A stretch of 40,177 nt of DNA from an uncultured Actinomyces sp. (lineage in GTDB: Bacteria; Actinomycetota; Actinomycetes; Actinomycetales; Actinomycetaceae): NCBI GenBank assembly GCA_902773415.1, contig CACYEE010000041.1, positions 1 through 40,177 of the forward strand. The letters are read 5' to 3'. Each line of letters starts with the position of its first letter. The stretch's first letter is position 1. The position numbers were made by a program, and so were the translations under genes. Positions 37,112-40,177 of this stretch are shown piece after piece. Under the pieces are notes generated by a model. The model was not told where the DNA came from. It worked only from the letters and a program-made list of their open reading frames with translations, and made no database searches.

Positions 37112-38025
37112 TGCGTTTCGTTTTCGTCATGTCCCGGACGGCGAAAGGACTGTTTTCTAACAAGGCGATGGCTTCGTCGATCGTGCTGGTGTCTTTCGTG
37201 TCTCTTCTGTTTTCCGGAGCGGCCATGCTGTTCCAGCAGCAGATCGTCAACCTCAAGGACCAGTGGTACGACAAGGTGGAAGTCTCGGCCTTCATGTGTC
37301 CGCGCAATTCGGAGTCGGCGAACTGCGCGGCGGGAGAGGCGACGCAGGAGCAGGTCGATGCTGTCGCGGCTTTTCTCGCGAGCGACGAGATGAAGCCTTA
37401 TGTCAAGTCCGTTGCTTTCGAGACGAAGGCGCAGGCGCTGGAGAGCTACCGCAGGCAGATGGCGGGCACTTCCTGGGTGGAAGCCCTGACCGAGGAACAG
37501 ATGCAGGTGTCGTTCCGCATCAGGCTTGTCAATCCGGAACAGTACGAGATCGTGTCGGATGCCCTGTCGGGCAGGCCGGGTGTCGAAGTCGTCAACGACC
37601 AGCGCACGCAGCTCGAGCCGCTGTTCGGCCTCCTCAACAAGCTGACGGCGATTTCCGCCGCGCTTGCCGGCGTGATGGTCGTCACTGCTCTTCTTCTCAT
37701 GCCGACGACGATTCGACTGTCGGCCATGAGCCGGAAGGAGGAAACGGAGATCATGCGCTACGTGGGAGCTTCGAGCTTCTTCGTCGGTCTTCCTTTCGTT
37801 CTTGAGGGAATGCTGTCGGTCTTTCTGGGGGCGCTTTTCGCGGTTGCCGGCCTGTGGGCGATCGTGCGGCATTTCGTGCAGTCCTGGTTTGCCTCCTCGA
37901 TGCAGTGGATGGACATCGTCGATGTCGACGACGTGTTTGCGATTGCTCCCGTGCTTGTCGGCGCGGCGCTCCTGCTTGCGGCCCTGACGTCGTGGCTGTC
38001 GCTGCGCGCCTATGCGAAGGCGTAG
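37111..38025 (+). CDS. ftsX: cell-division permease-like protein FtsX
   Basis: ATGA overlap with ftsE. Topology is TM1, a large extracytoplasmic domain, then three C-terminal TM segments (EIMRYVGAS motif). Confidence 0.9.
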   Translation: MRFVFVMSRTAKGLFSNKAMASSIVLVSFVSLLFSGAAMLFQQQIVNLKDQWYDKVEVSAFMCPRNSESANCAAGEATQEQVDAVAAFLASDEMKPYVKSVAFETKAQALESYRRQMAGTSWVEALTEEQMQVSFRIRLVNPEQYEIVSDALSGRPGVEVVNDQRTQLEPLFGLLNKLTAISAALAGVMVVTALLLMPTTIRLSAMSRKEETEIMRYVGASSFFVGLPFVLEGMLSVFLGALFAVAGLWAIVRHFVQSWFASSMQWMDIVDVDDVFAIAPVLVGAALLLAALTSWLSLRAYAKA

Positions 38026-38076
38026 CCGGAGTGTGTCACGATGTGGTATGGGAGAATCGGAGCAGGAGAGCGAAAC

Positions 38077-39369
38077 ATGACACGACGCAGGACTCTTGCG
38101 GTGCTGTGCGCAGCGGCCGCGATGCTTGTCTCGCCGGTTGCCACGGGCAGGGCCTGGGCCGACGAACGCTCGGACCTTGTCGAGGCCTCGCAACAGAAGC
38201 GGGAGGAGATTTCCCAGGCGCAGGAGGCTCTTGAGGGGGTCAACGCGGAAATCCGGAATGCGTACCTCGAGATGCTCGATATCGAGCAGAAGATTGCCGA
38301 TACGCTCGTCGAACTCAAGGATGCGCAGGATGCGCTGGCTGGCGCCCAACGCGAGGCCGAGGCGGTTGCGAACCGGCTTGAGGCGGCGCACGGCGAGCTG
38401 GAGCGCATCAATTCCGATATTGCCGACGGGCAAACGAGGATTGCGAACGCGCGCGATTCTCTCGGCGTCGTGGCCCGCGCCCAGTATCGTGGCGATACCA
38501 CTCCTTCGGCGATGGAACTGCTTGTGGGGTCGAGTTCGGTTTCGGACTTCCTTGATTCCTATGCGACGGCCGAGGCAATCACTCGAACGCAGACGACGTC
38601 GCTTGCGGAAGTCGAGCAGGCGACGGCGCGCAACGAGACGCGGGCCGTGCGCCAGGCCGATGTCGGGGCGCAGATTGCCGAGCTGAAGGAGCAAGCCGAC
38701 CGTCTGGTTGCCGAACGGACGGGGAAGGAAGCCGCAGCCCAAGCGAAGAAGGACATGCTCGAGGGCTTGCAGCGGTCCCTGGAGGCCAGAACTTCCGAGT
38801 TCCAGGCCTATGGCGCCAGCCTGCAAAGCCAAATCGCCGAGGCCGGCGACGAACGCGAGAAGATGATTGCTCGGATTGCGGCAATCGACGAGGCGAACAG
38901 GGCCGCTGCCGAGGCCCGCGCGAGGATGGCCCAGGAACGGGCGGCGAACGTGCAGGGCGGAAACGGCTTCATTGCCCCCGTGGTGCCCGGTGCAACGATC
39001 GTTTCGGAGTTCGGCTGGCGTATCCACCCGATCTACGGCACGCCCCGCCTGCACGAGGGCATCGATTTCGCGGTCGGTTGCGGCGTGCCTCAGCAGGCTC
39101 CGGGAGACGGCACGGTAGCTGGGGTGGTCTACAACAATCCGGGCGGCGGCAACTACATCGTTTTCGATCTTGGCGAGGCTGGCGGGCATCATTGGGAAGT
39201 TCGGACGCTGCATCTCATGAGCGGCACGATTGCCGTGTCGCCCGGCCAGAAGGTGGTTCGGGGCCAGATTGTCGGACTTACCGGCATGACTGGCGCTGCC
39301 ACCGGGTGCCACGTGCATCAGGAAGTGCGGATGGACGGCCGGGCAATCAATCCGCGCCTCGTGCTTTAG
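38077..39369 (+). CDS. secreted coiled-coil M23 (LytM-type) metallopeptidase
   Basis: Signal-like N-terminus MTRRRTLAVLCAAAAMLVSPVATGRAWA, a long E/A/Q/R-rich coiled-coil region, and a C-terminal M23 domain with HEGIDF (HxxxD) and CHVHQE (HxH). The track ORF start at 38041 is less likely; GGAGAG lies before 38077. Confidence 0.85.
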   Translation: MTRRRTLAVLCAAAAMLVSPVATGRAWADERSDLVEASQQKREEISQAQEALEGVNAEIRNAYLEMLDIEQKIADTLVELKDAQDALAGAQREAEAVANRLEAAHGELERINSDIADGQTRIANARDSLGVVARAQYRGDTTPSAMELLVGSSSVSDFLDSYATAEAITRTQTTSLAEVEQATARNETRAVRQADVGAQIAELKEQADRLVAERTGKEAAAQAKKDMLEGLQRSLEARTSEFQAYGASLQSQIAEAGDEREKMIARIAAIDEANRAAAEARARMAQERAANVQGGNGFIAPVVPGATIVSEFGWRIHPIYGTPRLHEGIDFAVGCGVPQQAPGDGTVAGVVYNNPGGGNYIVFDLGEAGGHHWEVRTLHLMSGTIAVSPGQKVVRGQIVGLTGMTGAATGCHVHQEVRMDGRAINPRLVL

Positions 39370-39450
39370 CGCAGCAGCTTCCCGGCATGCTGGCGTGGTG
39401 CGTGCAAAGCGCGGTAGAGTAGGGCGTCCGGCCTGGAAGGAGAGTGAAGG

Positions 39451-39981
39451 ATGGCAGCGAAAAAGGCGCAGGCACCGAAGAAGTCGGGAGCGCAGAAGGC
39501 GAAGGAGGAGGCCGACGCCAAGCATGTCGTTGCCCGGAACAAGAAGGCGCGCCATGACTACGAGATTCTCGACACCTACGAGGCGGGCCTGTCTCTTGGC
39601 GGCACGGAGGTCAAGGCGCTGCGCATGGGGCGCGCCTCCCTCGTCGATTCGTGGGTGGAGGTCGACCGCCACGGCGAGGCATGGATCAACGGCCTCAACA
39701 TTCCGATCTACGTCATGGGGTCGTGGACGAACCATGCGCCCACCCGCAAGCGCAAGCTGCTGCTGCACAAGGCCGAAATCGAGAAGATCGCCCGGAAATC
39801 CGAGGGCAGGGGCCGCACGATCGTGCCGCTGGAACTCTATTTCATTCGCGGCCGGGCCAAGGTCGAGATTGCCGTGGCCCAAGGCAAGCAGGAGTGGGAC
39901 AAGCGCGAGGCCATCAAGCGCCGCGAAGCCGACCGCGAGGCCGCCCGCGCGATGGCGGCGGCGCGCCGGCGTTCGCGCTAG
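39451..39981 (+). CDS. smpB: SsrA-binding protein SmpB
   Basis: Motifs [29 protein letters not shown] and VPLELYF. GGAAGGAGAG SD. It has a Lys-rich N-terminal extension. Confidence 0.93.
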   Translation: MAAKKAQAPKKSGAQKAKEEADAKHVVARNKKARHDYEILDTYEAGLSLGGTEVKALRMGRASLVDSWVEVDRHGEAWINGLNIPIYVMGSWTNHAPTRKRKLLLHKAEIEKIARKSEGRGRTIVPLELYFIRGRAKVEIAVAQGKQEWDKREAIKRREADREAARAMAAARRRSR

Positions 39982-40047
39982 GTGTCGCAGCTTCCTGAGA
40001 GCTTGCGAACCGTGCCGGCACGGGAATGGATTCTGCGCGAATCGCGT

Positions 40048-40055
40048 TGTAGAAT
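40048..40055 (+). promoter_or_regulatory. candidate extended -10 element (TGTAGAAT) for ssrA
   Basis: TGTAGAAT lies about 50 nt upstream of the mature tmRNA 5' end, which fits a precursor processed by RNase P. No clear -35 element. Confidence 0.3.
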
Positions 40056-40104
40056 GTACGAGCCTGGCGGCTTGGAACGCAGGCGTTGCTTGACAACAGA
40101 ATAT

Positions 40105-40177
40105 GGGGATGATCGGTTTCGACGGTGTTTTTATGTCGACGGGAAGCGGGCCGAGGATGCACAGTCATCTCGTTAAC
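40105..40177 (+). ncRNA. ssrA: tmRNA (ssrA), 5' portion; continues beyond the window end
   Basis: GGGGATGATCGGTTTCGACGG... matches the conserved tmRNA 5' acceptor arm (GGGG..TGA.CGGTTTCGAC). The following GGGAAGCGGGCCGAGGATGC resembles the region after it in actinobacterial ssrA. It lies immediately downstream of smpB. Confidence 0.8.

Noticed and set aside
36850-39882. 1010-aa ORF on the minus strand spanning ftsE, ftsX, the M23 peptidase and smpB
   Set aside because: It is antisense to four genes with unmistakable motifs. The translation is Arg/Gly/Pro/Leu-rich low complexity with no recognisable domain. This is a typical shadow ORF of GC-rich DNA, where stop codons are rare in non-coding frames.
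1-40177. CRISPR arrays, insertion sequences, integrases, prophage or toxin-antitoxin modules
   Set aside because: No regularly spaced repeats, no transposase/integrase/recombinase-like ORFs, and no compositionally deviant island were seen. tmRNA genes are common integration sites, but the window ends inside ssrA, so that cannot be assessed.

Overview
This is a very GC-rich, densely coding chromosomal segment. Gene content and order match conserved actinobacterial core-genome blocks; calling it Actinomycetales-like is inference only. I call 36 protein genes plus the 5' part of tmRNA. In order they are: (1) a nucleoside-salvage cluster: two BMP-type ABC permeases, cdd, deoA and deoC, convergent with a phospho-sugar mutase and a purine nucleoside phosphorylase; (2) a LOG-family protein, DUF3117 and an O-methyltransferase; (3) Mrp/NBP35, DUF1003 and a soluble MgtE_N/CBS protein; (4) dapA, rnj, ftsK, pgsA, a clgR-like gene and DUF3046; (5) a DEAD-box helicase, DUF3107 and an AdnA/AdnB-like helicase-nuclease pair; (6) an APH-family phosphotransferase; (7) a seven-gene Tad-like operon: tadA, tadB, tadC, a 63-aa pilin-like gene and three TadE/TadG-like genes; (8) prfB, ftsE, ftsX, a coiled-coil M23 peptidase, smpB and ssrA (truncated by the window end). 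I saw no transposase, integrase, CRISPR array, rRNA or tRNA. The many long ORFs antisense to or overlapping these genes look like GC-bias shadow ORFs. I do not see a convincing wholly novel gene system. The best candidates for follow-up are: the minimal Tad-like locus next to AdnAB, with non-canonical prepilin-like proteins and no TadZ or TadV in cis; a perfect DnaA-box-like inverted repeat in its promoter region; the translationally coupled DUF1003 and soluble MgtE_N/CBS pair; and the FtsEX-linked coiled-coil M23 hydrolase. All functional calls rest on motifs recognised by eye, and no database search was run.
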